Below, in pieces: positions 17,328 through 27,439 of a stretch of 64,000 bases of DNA. The position numbers and the translations under genes are program-made. This DNA is from an uncultured Muribaculaceae bacterium. GTDB lineage: Bacteria; Bacteroidota; Bacteroidia; Bacteroidales; Muribaculaceae. How positions within the stretch are numbered: position 1 is the first letter of the stretch; each line of letters opens with the position of its first letter. The DNA lies in the NCBI GenBank assembly GCA_910584905.1, contig CAJUCQ010000024.1:4964-68963 (forward strand). Direction: 5' to 3'. Under the pieces are notes generated by a model. It searched no databases. It was given only the letters and a program-made list of their open reading frames with translations, and was not told the origin of the DNA.

Positions 17328-18144
17328 TCAGTTGCTTATGACTTTCATAAATGCTTGCACGAGCACATTGGCCATAAGCTGATAGCCTTGGTCATTGGGA
17401 TGAAGCGATGTGTCGATTGAAAGTCGGTGAAGGTTGTGCTGGCCCCCGCATTCCGCGAAGAAATCGGCCACGGGGAGACCTTCGAATTCGGCTATTGCCC
17501 TTACGAGGTCGACGTATTCTTTGAGATATACGCCGTTTTTGGGCTCGTACCATTTTTCAGGCAGATAGCCGTTGAAGCCGTTGCCTTTGCGCGGGGTGCA
17601 AAGGACGATTCTCGCGTCGGGGTTGACGGCGAATATTCGGTCGATGAGTTTGCGGTATTCTGCCGCAAAGGTGCCGTTGTCGGAATTATTGATATAATCT
17701 TGAAACGTCCCGGGGGCTACGCCTTTTCCCCAGTCGTTGATGCCGTGCTCGATTGTATAATAGTCGGCATATACGATTTTTGAAATCGCTGTTGAGATTG
17801 TGCCTCCGCTGACGGCGACATTTGTGAAATTGCTGAACGCGAGCCGTTTCCTTACTCGGTCCGGATAGCCTTCGGTGAATTTGCCTTCGGCATAGTCGAC
17901 GTTGTCGTTATACCACGTGATGGAGGTCCCGACGGCGCACCAGTGGCCTTTTACCGGAATGGGACGGGGTGTGTCGGTGTAGTGGGGGGGGGGTAATTCC
18001 TTGGCTATCAGTGTAGAATACAATGGAGTCGACGCTTTCGTTGCTGAGGCCGACGAGTTTTTCGCCTCCTTGGTACAGGGCTACGCTTTGGCAGTATCCG
18101 GAAATGGCGCAGAAGAGGCACAGGGGGATAAGTATTTTGGTCAT
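17328..18144 (-). pseudogene. SGNH/GDSL hydrolase split by a 1-nt frameshift in a C10 tract (phase-OFF state or sequencing error)
   Basis: The ORF from 18144 has a signal peptide and leaves the hydrolase frame at GITPPP. The other frame continues with AVGTSIT (block I), AVSGG (II), HGINDW (III) and DTSLHPNDQGY (V). C9 or C12 would join them. Confidence 0.8.
17984..17993. repeat. G10/C10 homopolymer tract
   Basis: Ten consecutive G on plus, exactly at the frame junction of the SGNH gene. Confidence 0.95.
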
Positions 18145-18186
18145 ATTACGGGATAAAAAAAAGATGTAGAATTCTGATTGGAAATG

Positions 18187-18224
18187 ATTACCCCGCAGCC
18201 TGTTTCCGAGGGCTGCGGGGTAAT
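18187..18224 (-). terminator. Intrinsic terminator after glgP
   Basis: 14-bp perfect stem ATTACCCCGCAGCC / GGCTGCGGGGTAAT. Confidence 0.75.
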
Positions 18225-18249
18225 TCGGGGGTGTCGAATCAACCGGCGA

Positions 18250-20808
18250 TTAGAGCCAGCGGCTGAATGCGAAGTCCATGCGGTGGGGCAGGTCGGCGTT
18301 CCTGGGGTAGAGACGGAAGCCGTAGCGGAACACGCCTGCATCCTTGAGCTTGTTGCTGAGCTCGTAGGTGAGCACGTTGCCTTCTTCCTTCACGACCTTG
18401 AAGTCGATTGTGCGGATGAGGTGTTCCTCGCCGTCTTCCTGACGGTACACAACCATTTCGAGCCCGAGGTCGCGGCCGAGGCCGTTGGTGTCGACGATAG
18501 CTTCAACCTTGAAGGATTCGCCGGTCGACGACTGGGAGAGGTCGCCGCTCTGGCGCACGTCGAATACCTTGATGCCGTCCCAAGCGGCTGCAACGCGTTC
18601 TTTCCAAGCCACGATTTCTTTGGCCTTGGCGTAGTCGCGGGCACCGAGGGCGCTGTTGCGCTTGGCTTCGGGGTTGTAGAAGCGGTCGATGTAGTCGTCG
18701 ATCATGCGCTTCATCGTGAAGTGGGGAGCGATGTCGCCGATCGAGCCTTTGATATACTGAATCCACTCGGGCGAGTAGCCTGCGGAGTTTTTCTTGAAGT
18801 AGAGGGGGATAATCTCGTTTTCAAGCATCGAGTAGATGGTTGCGGCGTCGAGCTTGTCCTGCTGGGCCTGATCGGTGTAGGTGCGCTTGTCGGTGAGCGC
18901 CCAGCCGGCTTTTTCGTTGAAGCGGTAGCCTTCGTACCACCAGCCGTCGAGCACCGAGAAGTTGAGCACGCCGTTCATTTCGGCCTTTTCGCCGGATGTG
19001 CCGGAGGCTTCGAGCGGGCGGGTCGGGGTGTTGAGCCAGATGTCTACGCCGGTGACGAGGCGCTTGGCAACGACCATGTTGTAGTCCTCAAGGAAGATAA
19101 TCTTGCCGAGGAACTGGGGCATGCGCGAAATTTCGAGGATGCGCTTGATGAGACCTTGGCCGGCGCCGTCGGCGGGGTGAGCCTTGCCAGAGAAGATGAA
19201 CTGCACGGGGAACTGCTCGTTGTTGACAATCTTCGACAGACGGTCGAGGTCGGTGAAGAGCAGGTGGGCGCGCTTGTAGGTGGCGAAGCGGCGGGCGAAG
19301 CCGATGATGAGGGCGTTGGGGTTGATTTTGTCAACGATGTTCATCACGGCCGAGGGGTCGCCCTGATTGGCAAGCCATTTTTCCTTGAAGTCGCGGCGAA
19401 CGAAGTTGATAAACTTGTTCTTCATCGTGCAGCGCATCTGCCAGATTTCTTCATCGGGCACGCTGAAGATGCCTTTCCAAGCCTTGGGGTCGCTCTGGTG
19501 TTCGAATACCTGTGCGCCGAGCTTGTTATAGTAGAATTCCTTCCATTCGGAAGCGGCCCATGTGGGCATGTGCACGCCGTTGGTGACGTAGCCTACGTGG
19601 CTTTCTTCCCACGAGTAGCCCTTCCAGATGCCGGCAAACATTTTCTTGGACACTTCGCCGTGGAGCCAGCTTACGCCGTTGGCTTCCTGACAGGTGTTGA
19701 GGGCGAATACGCTCATCGAGAAGCGTTCGTTGGTGTTGGGGTTCTCGCGGCCCATGTTCATGAGGTCGTTCCACGAGATGCCGAGCTTGGCGGGATATTC
19801 GCCCATGTATTTGCCGAAGAGGCCTTCCTCGAAGTAGTCGTGGCCGGCGGGAACGGGCGTGTGGACGGTGTAGAGGCTCGACGAGCGCACCATTTCCATC
19901 GCAACGTTGAAGCTGAGGCCCTTCTCCTGAACGAATTCTACGAGACGCTGGAGGTTGAGGAGGGCGGCGTGGCCTTCGTTGCAGTGGTAGAGCTGGGTGT
20001 TGATGCCGAGCTTGCGGAGCATGATGATGCCGCCGATGCCGAGGAGGTATTCCTGCTTGATGCGGTTTTCCCAGTCGCCGCCGTAGAGCTGGTGGGTGAT
20101 GGGGCGGTCAAACTCGGAGTTCATGTCGAAGTCCGTGTCGAGCAGATAGAGCTTCATGCGGCCTACGTTCACGCGCCATACGTGGCTGTAGATGATGCGG
20201 CCGGGGTAGGGCACTTCGATAATCATCGGGTGGCCGTTCTTGTCCATTACCTGCTCGATGGGGAGCTGGTTGAAGTTCTGGGGCTCGTATTTGGCAATCT
20301 GCTGGCCGTCGACGCTGAGGGTCTGCGTGAAGTAGCCGTAGCGGTAGAGGAAGCCGACGGCGGTCATGTCGACGCACGAGTCGGATGCTTCCTTGATATA
20401 GTCGCCGGCAAGGACGCCGAGGCCGCCTGAGTAGATTTTGAGGCAGTTGCAGAGGCCGTATTCCATCGAGAAGTAGGAGATGGAGGGCACGTCCTTGCGC
20501 ATGGGCTTCTTCATGTATTCCTTGAATTCGGCGTACACGGCGTCAATGCGGCCCATGAGTTCGGTGTCGGCGAGAATTTCGGTGATGCGGTCGCCGGAGA
20601 GGCGCTGGAGCACCATCACGGGGTTTTCGCCCGTGGTGCGCCAAAGCGTGGGGTTGAGGTCGCGGAAGAGCGCCTTGGCGGGGCTGTTCCATACCCACCA
20701 CAGGTTCTTGGCAAGCTCTTCGAGGGGCTTGAGTTGCTTGGGAAGTTCTGATTTAACAGTAATGTCGCGCCATACGGGGGCATTAGTGTTGCTAACCGGA
20801 AGTTTCAT
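18250..20808 (-). CDS. glgP: Alpha-glucan (glycogen) phosphorylase, GT35
   Basis: Motifs [47 protein letters not shown] and the PLP-lysine motif [10 protein letters not shown]. Confidence 0.95.
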   Translation of the reverse strand: MKLPVSNTNAPVWRDITVKSELPKQLKPLEELAKNLWWVWNSPAKALFRDLNPTLWRTTGENPVMVLQRLSGDRITEILADTELMGRIDAVYAEFKEYMKKPMRKDVPSISYFSMEYGLCNCLKIYSGGLGVLAGDYIKEASDSCVDMTAVGFLYRYGYFTQTLSVDGQQIAKYEPQNFNQLPIEQVMDKNGHPMIIEVPYPGRIIYSHVWRVNVGRMKLYLLDTDFDMNSEFDRPITHQLYGGDWENRIKQEYLLGIGGIIMLRKLGINTQLYHCNEGHAALLNLQRLVEFVQEKGLSFNVAMEMVRSSSLYTVHTPVPAGHDYFEEGLFGKYMGEYPAKLGISWNDLMNMGRENPNTNERFSMSVFALNTCQEANGVSWLHGEVSKKMFAGIWKGYSWEESHVGYVTNGVHMPTWAASEWKEFYYNKLGAQVFEHQSDPKAWKGIFSVPDEEIWQMRCTMKNKFINFVRRDFKEKWLANQGDPSAVMNIVDKINPNALIIGFARRFATYKRAHLLFTDLDRLSKIVNNEQFPVQFIFSGKAHPADGAGQGLIKRILEISRMPQFLGKIIFLEDYNMVVAKRLVTGVDIWLNTPTRPLEASGTSGEKAEMNGVLNFSVLDGWWYEGYRFNEKAGWALTDKRTYTDQAQQDKLDAATIYSMLENEIIPLYFKKNSAGYSPEWIQYIKGSIGDIAPHFTMKRMIDDYIDRFYNPEAKRNSALGARDYAKAKEIVAWKERVAAAWDGIKVFDVRQSGDLSQSSTGESFKVEAIVDTNGLGRDLGLEMVVYRQEDGEEHLIRTIDFKVVKEEGNVLTYELSNKLKDAGVFRYGFRLYPRNADLPHRMDFAFSRWL

Positions 20809-20850
20809 AATTCTGATATTTGAGTTACTATGTTTCGGGAGTTGTTGTGT

Positions 20851-22506
20851 TTATTTTTGTTTGCGGCTTTTGGCCGAGGCGATTGCCTCGTTGTAAGCCG
20901 TCAGGTAGTACTTGATGAAATCCGTCCAAAGGAATTTCACGGCTTCGGCCGAGGCGGCGGCTCTCACGTCCTTGATTTCGGCGGCGGGCATCGCGATGAG
21001 GGTGCGGAGGTCGGCGGTGATTGCGTCGACGGCTTGCTGATAGTTGCTGTCGGTGCGTTCGGCCACTCTCACGCCCGAGCCTTCGAAGCTGTTGGGGGCC
21101 GTGGCGAGAATCCATTGTCCGAAGCCGGCGAGTGTGGTCGTCACGGTGGGGACGCCGAATGCGATGCTTTCGAGCGGCGTGTAGCCCCACGGCTCGTAGT
21201 AGCTGGCAAACACCGTGGCGTCGAGTCCCGGCAGGAGCTGATAGTAGGAGAGGTTGAAGATGCCGTCGGTGCCGTTGAGATAGCAGGGCACGTATATCAC
21301 GCTCACGCGGCTCTCCGTGTCGTTGTTGAAGCCGAGGGCGTGGATGCGGCCCACGATGGGGTCGGAGTTGTAGTTGTTGACGGTATGGGTCATGACGGGG
21401 TCGGCCAGACGCGAGTGCTCGTCCATGACGAGGGCGTGTTCGAGGTCGGCGCGGGGGCCGCCGCACCATGCCGGCACGAGGACGAAGGCCAGCACGCGGC
21501 GTCCGGGGGCTTCGCCCTCGCCGAGTTTCTTGAGCGAGTCGAGGAACATGTCGATGCCCTTGTTGCGGTATTCGCAACGGCCGGATGTGGCGATGATGAA
21601 CGTGTCGTCAGTGTAGTCGACGCCGGTGAGGGCGCGGGCCACGCGGAGGAAAGCCGCGCGTGCGGCCTTGCGTGCGGCGTTATAGCGCGTGCGGCCCGGC
21701 ACGAAGTTCATTTCGAATCCGTTGGGCGTCACCGCGGGGCGGCGTTCGAGCAGCTGCTCGGCTTCCTTCGCCGTGATGTCGCTCACGGTGGTGAAGGAGT
21801 CGGCCGCATGGGCCGCGGCTTTTTCGAGGCTGTGCTTGCTCTGCATGTTCAGCTCGGCGGCCATCTGGTCGCCGTTGTAGCCTCGGAGGTAGTCGTAGAG
21901 GGGCTTGCCGTTGCCGCAGATGCTGCGTCCGATGCTCGTGGCGTGGGTTGTGAAGACGGTGGCCGCTGCCGGCATGTCGGCTTTCAGGGCGAGGAGGCCG
22001 GAGGCGGTGGTCCATTCGTCGAAGTGAGCCACGACCTTGGCCGGGTCGGCCTTGAGGAAGGCCGTGAGGCTCTCGATTACCATTGCCGCGGCGCGCCCGA
22101 AGGCCATGCCTTCGTCGTAGTCGCCGTAAGCGTGGAGGGAGTCGACTCCGTAGAGGTCCCAAAGTCGCCCGTAGAATTCGTTTTTGGTGCGGTAGAGGCC
22201 GTCGAATTTAACGAGGACTGCCACCGGGCGCCCGGGGATTTCCCAGCGCCCGACGCGCACGCTCACTCCTTCGGTAAAAAGGGCGTTTTCGCGCCAGCGG
22301 CGCAGAAGCGACGGCACCTCGGTGAAGTACGGCGACGGATTTTCTTCCGTCCATACGTCAGGACCGATGAAGATAAGTTTGTCTTTGTATAGGTCGTGGA
22401 GGGTCTTTGCTTTGCTGGAGAGCACCGTGTAGATGCCGCCTATTTTGTTGCATACCTCCCAGCTCGTTTCAAACAGGAGGTCGACATTCTTTGAATAATC
22501 TTTCAT
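20851..22506 (-). CDS. Glycogen synthase, GT3 family
   Basis: FETSWEVCNKIGGIYTVL, FTTHATSIGRS, SGRCEYRNKGID and SYYEPWGYTPLES are GT3 hallmarks; adjacent to the phosphorylase. Confidence 0.9.
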   Translation of the reverse strand: MKDYSKNVDLLFETSWEVCNKIGGIYTVLSSKAKTLHDLYKDKLIFIGPDVWTEENPSPYFTEVPSLLRRWRENALFTEGVSVRVGRWEIPGRPVAVLVKFDGLYRTKNEFYGRLWDLYGVDSLHAYGDYDEGMAFGRAAAMVIESLTAFLKADPAKVVAHFDEWTTASGLLALKADMPAAATVFTTHATSIGRSICGNGKPLYDYLRGYNGDQMAAELNMQSKHSLEKAAAHAADSFTTVSDITAKEAEQLLERRPAVTPNGFEMNFVPGRTRYNAARKAARAAFLRVARALTGVDYTDDTFIIATSGRCEYRNKGIDMFLDSLKKLGEGEAPGRRVLAFVLVPAWCGGPRADLEHALVMDEHSRLADPVMTHTVNNYNSDPIVGRIHALGFNNDTESRVSVIYVPCYLNGTDGIFNLSYYQLLPGLDATVFASYYEPWGYTPLESIAFGVPTVTTTLAGFGQWILATAPNSFEGSGVRVAERTDSNYQQAVDAITADLRTLIAMPAAEIKDVRAAASAEAVKFLWTDFIKYYLTAYNEAIASAKSRKQK

Positions 22507-22528
22507 AAGTGATAGCGGTTTCGCGGCG

Positions 22529-22536
22529 CAAAGATA
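22529..22536 (-). promoter_or_regulatory. -7 promoter box for glycogen synthase-glgP operon
   Basis: TATCTTTG on minus, about 22 nt upstream of the ATG. Confidence 0.7.
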
Positions 22537-22564
22537 GTAAAAAAATGAGAAAAGACCTAATTTG

Positions 22565-23896
22565 TTAGAATTTAAATGTGACGCCCACTGAGGGGTTCCA
22601 CGCGTGCACGCTGTAGTCGGCCGTGAATGTGCGCTCGGCGGGCATGTTCATTTGCGCGCGGAGCAAATCGGTGTAGGTGCAGGAGGCGTTGTCGGCGCCG
22701 AGGCCGGCTACGTAGAGGACCGATGCGTCGATGGAGAAATTTTTAAGCGGCGAGAACGAAAATCCGAGCGAGGGTTCGATTTTGGTCATACCCGGAGTCT
22801 CGGGGTTGTAGTGGGTCTTGCTCACGGGCGTTGTGTCCACCATCAGGCCGGCGCGGAGCTGAAGGCGCTCGGTGAGGGTGTACTGTCCGCCGAGGTGGAA
22901 GGTCCACGAGTTGCGGTAGTTCTTGGCTATATACTGGTTGAAGGGCGTGAGCTGTTCGCTCAGGAATTCGATATCGAGGCTTTTGTAGGCGTTCCAGCCG
23001 GTGAGCTGGGCGTCGAAAGCGAGGACGAGACGGCTGAGAGGCTTGTAGCTTACGCCGAAGTTGTAGACGGCTGCCGCAGGCATGGAGGCCGTGAAATTGG
23101 CTTCGTTGAGGATGTTGAGGCGGTCTTGAAGCAGGCCTTGGGCGAGCTCGTTGGCGTAGCTGACGGCGGCGGTGCCGCATTTTACGCGCAGATTCATTTT
23201 CTGGCGGAACGAGAAGCCTACGGTCCATTGCTCGTTGATGTCCCACATCACGCCGGCGTTCACGCCTGCCGTGATTGATGTTTTGCCGCTGAGGTTGATG
23301 TTGGCGGGAGTGTCGGTCATGCCCGGGAGTCCGGCGGCGGCGAGCATGGCGTTGAATGTGTCGTTGGGGACGAGGCCTTTGTAGAGGTCGACCGTGCCCC
23401 ACGTCACCATTGCGCCCACGCCTACCGCAAGCCCCGGGAGCGGACGCCATGCGAGCGTCGGCTGCACGGTGAAAGCCTTGAGGTTTACTTTTTGGTTGAG
23501 CACGGCTCCCGGCCAGTTGAGGCCCCAGTTTATGCCCGACCCGTAGGGCGTGTAAAAGCTGATGCCGGCCTTGAAGTTGTCGTAGACGTTCATGCCGAGG
23601 TTGAATGCCATCGGCGTGGAGGGCGTGTTGTCGGTGGTGTATTTTTTGCCGTCGGGGAGAGTTGCGTGGCCCGTGGCGATTACTGCGGTGGCTGTGCCGG
23701 AGAATTCGAGCGTACGGTCAAGAAAACCGAGGCCGGCAGGGTTGAATATCATGCTCTCGGCTCCGAGCTTGAGAGCTGTTCCGGTATGACCCATACCGTT
23801 CTGACGAGCACTTAGGGTATTCACCTGATAACCTTCGGCCATAGCCGGTGCGCATGTCAGCGCAATCGCCGCACATGCGGCCGTAAACTTTTTCAT
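22565..23896 (-). CDS. OmpP1/FadL family outer-membrane transporter
   Basis: Probable start MKKFTAACAA at 23896, signal peptide AMA|E. EGYQVNTLSARQNGMG, FNPAGL, YTPYG and a terminal Phe typical of beta-barrels. Confidence 0.85.
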   Translation of the reverse strand: MKKFTAACAAIALTCAPAMAEGYQVNTLSARQNGMGHTGTALKLGAESMIFNPAGLGFLDRTLEFSGTATAVIATGHATLPDGKKYTTDNTPSTPMAFNLGMNVYDNFKAGISFYTPYGSGINWGLNWPGAVLNQKVNLKAFTVQPTLAWRPLPGLAVGVGAMVTWGTVDLYKGLVPNDTFNAMLAAAGLPGMTDTPANINLSGKTSITAGVNAGVMWDINEQWTVGFSFRQKMNLRVKCGTAAVSYANELAQGLLQDRLNILNEANFTASMPAAAVYNFGVSYKPLSRLVLAFDAQLTGWNAYKSLDIEFLSEQLTPFNQYIAKNYRNSWTFHLGGQYTLTERLQLRAGLMVDTTPVSKTHYNPETPGMTKIEPSLGFSFSPLKNFSIDASVLYVAGLGADNASCTYTDLLRAQMNMPAERTFTADYSVHAWNPSVGVTFKF

Positions 23897-23922
23897 AAGC
23901 AAGTATTTGGAAAAATCAGTCG

Positions 23923-24042
23923 CAAAGATAAGAAAAAAAAACGACGTGTGCAAAAAAGCATTAACGCGCCTCCCGGCGCGGCGTCGTGCGAATCGGTAGT
24001 GGAAAATAAGCTTTTGTTTCTCGGAAAAAATGCGTATTTTTG
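23923..24042. promoter_or_regulatory. Divergent promoters for fadL-like gene and PBP1A operon
   Basis: TATCTTTG on minus (23923-23930) and TATTTTTG on plus (24035-24042). Confidence 0.65.
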
Positions 24043-24083
24043 CAAATTGAACTGATAGAAACCTCTTCATTCGTATATATAAT

Positions 24084-26483
24084 ATGTCGAAAACACTCAA
24101 AAACGTCTCCGAACCGCAACCTGCACCGCGCAAGGCTTGGGTCCGCAAGACGGTGCGATTTCTTTGGATTGCTTTCGCTCTCTTTGTTGTGCTCACGGGC
24201 GTGTTTTTCGTGATGGTTTACAACGGCGTAATCGGATATATGCCGCCCGTTGAGGAGCTTAAGAACCCGCAGGACCGCTATGCATCGGTCATCTACGCCG
24301 CCGACGGCGAGGAACTGGGCCGCTACTTCCGCAATACGGGCAACCGCGTCTACGCCGACTTCGACGAGATTTCGCCTGCCGTAGTCAACGCCCTCATTGC
24401 CACGGAGGACGCCCGCTTCGCCGACCACTCCGGCATCGACATGCGCGCCGTCACCCGCGCGCTCGTCAAAACCGTCCTTATGGGCCAGCGAAGCGCCGGC
24501 GGCGGCTCCACAATCACCCAGCAGCTTGCCAAGCAGCTCTACTCGCCCGCCAGCTCGAATATCTTCGACCGCGCAATGCAGAAGCCCATCGAATGGATGA
24601 TTGCCATCAAACTCGAACGCTTCTATTCGAAGGAGGAGATTCTGAAAATGTATCTCAACCAGTTCGACTTCCTCTACAACGCCGTGGGCATCAAGAGCGC
24701 GGCCAAGGTCTATTTCAATAAAGAAGCCTCCGACCTCGACGTCCTTGAGGCCGCCACGCTCGTAGGCATGGTCAAAAACCCCTCCTACTTCAATCCCGTG
24801 CGCAAGCCCGAACGCACCCGCGCCCGCCGCAACGTGGTCCTTGAGCAGATGCACAAGGCCGGAATGCTCTCCGACGCCGAGCTCGCCGACCTTCAGGCGC
24901 GCCCCATGACGCTCGATTTCCACCGCGTGGACCACAAGGACGGCCTCGCGCCGTATTTCCGCGAGGAACTGCGCCGCATCCTCTCGGCAAAGAAACCCCG
25001 AAGCTCCGACTACCCCTCGTGGGACCGTCAGCGCTACGTCGACGACTCCATCGCATGGGCCACAAACCCGCTCTTCGGGTGGGTCGAGAAAACCCGCAAG
25101 CCCGACGGAACGAAATACGACATCTATAACGACGGCCTCAAAATCTACACTACAATCGACTCCCGCATGCAGCGCTACGCCGAGGAGGCCGTGCACGAAC
25201 ACATGAGCTCGCTCCAGCGGCAGTTTTTCAAGGAAAAGAAAAACTCGCCGACGGCACCCTACACGTCAAATCCCGCCGAACTCTCGTCGGCCACACGCGA
25301 AAAACTCATCAACACGGCCATAAACCAGAGCGAGCGCGCCCGCGTGGCCCGCGTGGCCGGCCTCTCGCCTGAGGAAATCAAGCGTCAGTTCAACACTCCC
25401 GTCGAGATGACAGTATTCAGCTACGAAGGCCCGCTCGACACCATTATGACCCCGCGCGACTCGGTCCTCTACACCAAGAGCTTCCTCCGCACGGGCTTCA
25501 TGAGTATGGAACCGGCCACGGGATTCGTGAAGGCATACGTCGGCGGCCCCGACTTCCGCTTCTTCCAGTACGACATGGCCGCCACCGGACGCCGTCAGAT
25601 TGGCTCGACAATCAAGCCCTTCCTTTACACATACGCCTTCGAGACCGACGAATTCACCCCCTGCTCCGAAATGCTTAACGAGCAGCCCACGCTCTACGAC
25701 GAAAACGGACGTATCTGGCAACCCCGCAACACCGGCCACTCGCGCATAGGCGAGATGGTAAGCCTCCGATGGGCCCTCACAAACTCCAACAACTGGATTT
25801 CGGCCCGTATCATGGACCGTCTCAACCCCTACGAGCTTGTGCGCCGCATGCACTCATACGGCATCACAAATCAGCTCCCGCCGGTGAAATCGCTGTGTCT
25901 CGGCCCGTGCGAGGTAAGCGTAAAAGAGATGGTCACGGCCTACAGCGCATTCGCCAACAAAGGCATGCGCACCGACCCCCTCTACGTCACGGCAATAGCC
26001 GACGCCAACGGAAACGTGATTCAGGAGTTCGCTCCCTCGCAGACCGAAGTAATCACCGAGCGAGGCCACAACCGCATCCTCTCGGTGCTCCTCAACGTCG
26101 TCGACAGCGGCACCGGCAACCGCCTCCGCCGTGCGCCCTATAACATCACGGCTCAGATGGGAGGCAAAACCGGCACAACCAACTTCAACGCCGACGGATG
26201 GTTCATGGGATTCACCCCCGAGCTTGTCAGCGGCGTATGGGTCGGCGGCGACGAACGCTATATCCATTTCAACAGCATGGCGCAGGGACAGGGCGCATCG
26301 ATGGCCCTCCCAATTTACGGCAAATATATTTCAAAGGTCTACGCCGACCCCAAGCTGCCCTACACGCAGACGGCGAAGTTCTCGTTCTCCGAAGCAAACC
26401 TTTGCGAAGGCGGAATGGACTTCGACGAGTATCCTGATGAGGAGCAGACCGTCGACGAAATCGTAAGCGGAGCCTTCGACTGA
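24084..26483 (+). CDS. mrcA: Penicillin-binding protein 1A (bifunctional transglycosylase/transpeptidase)
   Basis: TM anchor; GT51 motifs TEDARFADHSGID and GGSTITQQLAK; transpeptidase motifs STIK, SNN and KTGT. Confidence 0.93.
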   Translation: MSKTLKNVSEPQPAPRKAWVRKTVRFLWIAFALFVVLTGVFFVMVYNGVIGYMPPVEELKNPQDRYASVIYAADGEELGRYFRNTGNRVYADFDEISPAVVNALIATEDARFADHSGIDMRAVTRALVKTVLMGQRSAGGGSTITQQLAKQLYSPASSNIFDRAMQKPIEWMIAIKLERFYSKEEILKMYLNQFDFLYNAVGIKSAAKVYFNKEASDLDVLEAATLVGMVKNPSYFNPVRKPERTRARRNVVLEQMHKAGMLSDAELADLQARPMTLDFHRVDHKDGLAPYFREELRRILSAKKPRSSDYPSWDRQRYVDDSIAWATNPLFGWVEKTRKPDGTKYDIYNDGLKIYTTIDSRMQRYAEEAVHEHMSSLQRQFFKEKKNSPTAPYTSNPAELSSATREKLINTAINQSERARVARVAGLSPEEIKRQFNTPVEMTVFSYEGPLDTIMTPRDSVLYTKSFLRTGFMSMEPATGFVKAYVGGPDFRFFQYDMAATGRRQIGSTIKPFLYTYAFETDEFTPCSEMLNEQPTLYDENGRIWQPRNTGHSRIGEMVSLRWALTNSNNWISARIMDRLNPYELVRRMHSYGITNQLPPVKSLCLGPCEVSVKEMVTAYSAFANKGMRTDPLYVTAIADANGNVIQEFAPSQTEVITERGHNRILSVLLNVVDSGTGNRLRRAPYNITAQMGGKTGTTNFNADGWFMGFTPELVSGVWVGGDERYIHFNSMAQGQGASMALPIYGKYISKVYADPKLPYTQTAKFSFSEANLCEGGMDFDEYPDEEQTVDEIVSGAFD

Positions 26484-27439
26484 TGAAAAAGCCTCTCCTC
26501 CCCGCCCTTGCCCTCGCCGCCGCATTCTCTCTTGCGGCGGCCACGCCCGTCGACTCCATTGTCGGCGCGCTGGAGCGCCCGCGCGCCTTCGCCGCAAGGA
26601 TTGAGTCGACAACAGGCCTCGCAGGCACAGTCCTCGAATCGCCCGACGGCGATTTCATCGTCGCATACCGCCTTCCCGGCGACGCAGGCGATTCATTCGT
26701 CGCCGCAATCGCCGACAGCATCTACCGCTACAAACGCGCCACACTCTCCGTCGAACCCATGCGCCCGGAGGCATTCGCCGCCGACGGCATGGCCCGCTTC
26801 GCCCCGGCTGTGCTTGCCTCGCATATCCGCGCCTGCCTCGCCTCCGACGGCTCAAGCCGCGTCAGCGTCTCCCTCCCGGACACGCTGAGCGTCGAGACAA
26901 TCCACGACGGAAGCCCCGTCGCGGCCGATGTATTCGTCTTTGACACCGCCACCGGCCGCCTGCGGAGCGAGACCGTCAGGCTGATGACCTCCGGCGACGA
27001 CATCCTGCGCCACGAGCTGATTCCTTGCGAGGGCGCTCCGGAGCATATTTCGCGCGCCACCCTTGAGCGCCTTTACCCCGAGGCCTTCATTCCCCGCCTG
27101 CCGCACACGGCCCTGAAAACCGTAGGCTCCGGCTCGCAATCCCGCGTCGACCTCCGCGACGAAGCCCGCGACGCCCTCGTTGCCGTCCTCGATGCCTTCG
27201 ACCCCTCGACTCCGGCCATGATGGCCCGCGTGCGCGCCGCCGCCGCAGGGCGCCCGATATTCTGGGCATTCACCGACACGCGCGTCGACGACATAACCGA
27301 CCGCTGTCCCGACCCCCTGCCCGAAGGCGAGACCGCACTCATGGGCGCGCGCGCCCTCGGAGTCGACGCCCCGGCCCTTATCGAAGTTAAAAACCGGACC
27401 ATAATATCCACCACAAGTCTCTCCCGATGCCACCACTGA
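26483..27439 (+). CDS. Exported hypothetical protein
   Basis: Signal peptide; TGATG overlap with mrcA and overlap with the next gene. Confidence 0.7.
   Translation: MKKPLLPALALAAAFSLAAATPVDSIVGALERPRAFAARIESTTGLAGTVLESPDGDFIVAYRLPGDAGDSFVAAIADSIYRYKRATLSVEPMRPEAFAADGMARFAPAVLASHIRACLASDGSSRVSVSLPDTLSVETIHDGSPVAADVFVFDTATGRLRSETVRLMTSGDDILRHELIPCEGAPEHISRATLERLYPEAFIPRLPHTALKTVGSGSQSRVDLRDEARDALVAVLDAFDPSTPAMMARVRAAAAGRPIFWAFTDTRVDDITDRCPDPLPEGETALMGARALGVDAPALIEVKNRTIISTTSLSRCHH

Noticed and set aside
17328..18023. 231-aa SGNH ORF as a standalone gene, and 17908-18144 as a separate 78-aa gene
   Set aside because: Better explained as two halves of one gene split at the C10 tract. The 18023 start is a non-ATG codon inside the upstream coding region.
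23897..24196. N-terminal extensions in the ORF track (fadL to 24196; also CoA-transferase to 44673, miaB from 44646, helicase from 45994, 7365 start)
   Set aside because: They overlap neighbouring genes or promoter boxes. Family-typical N-termini and A-rich leaders point to the shorter starts.
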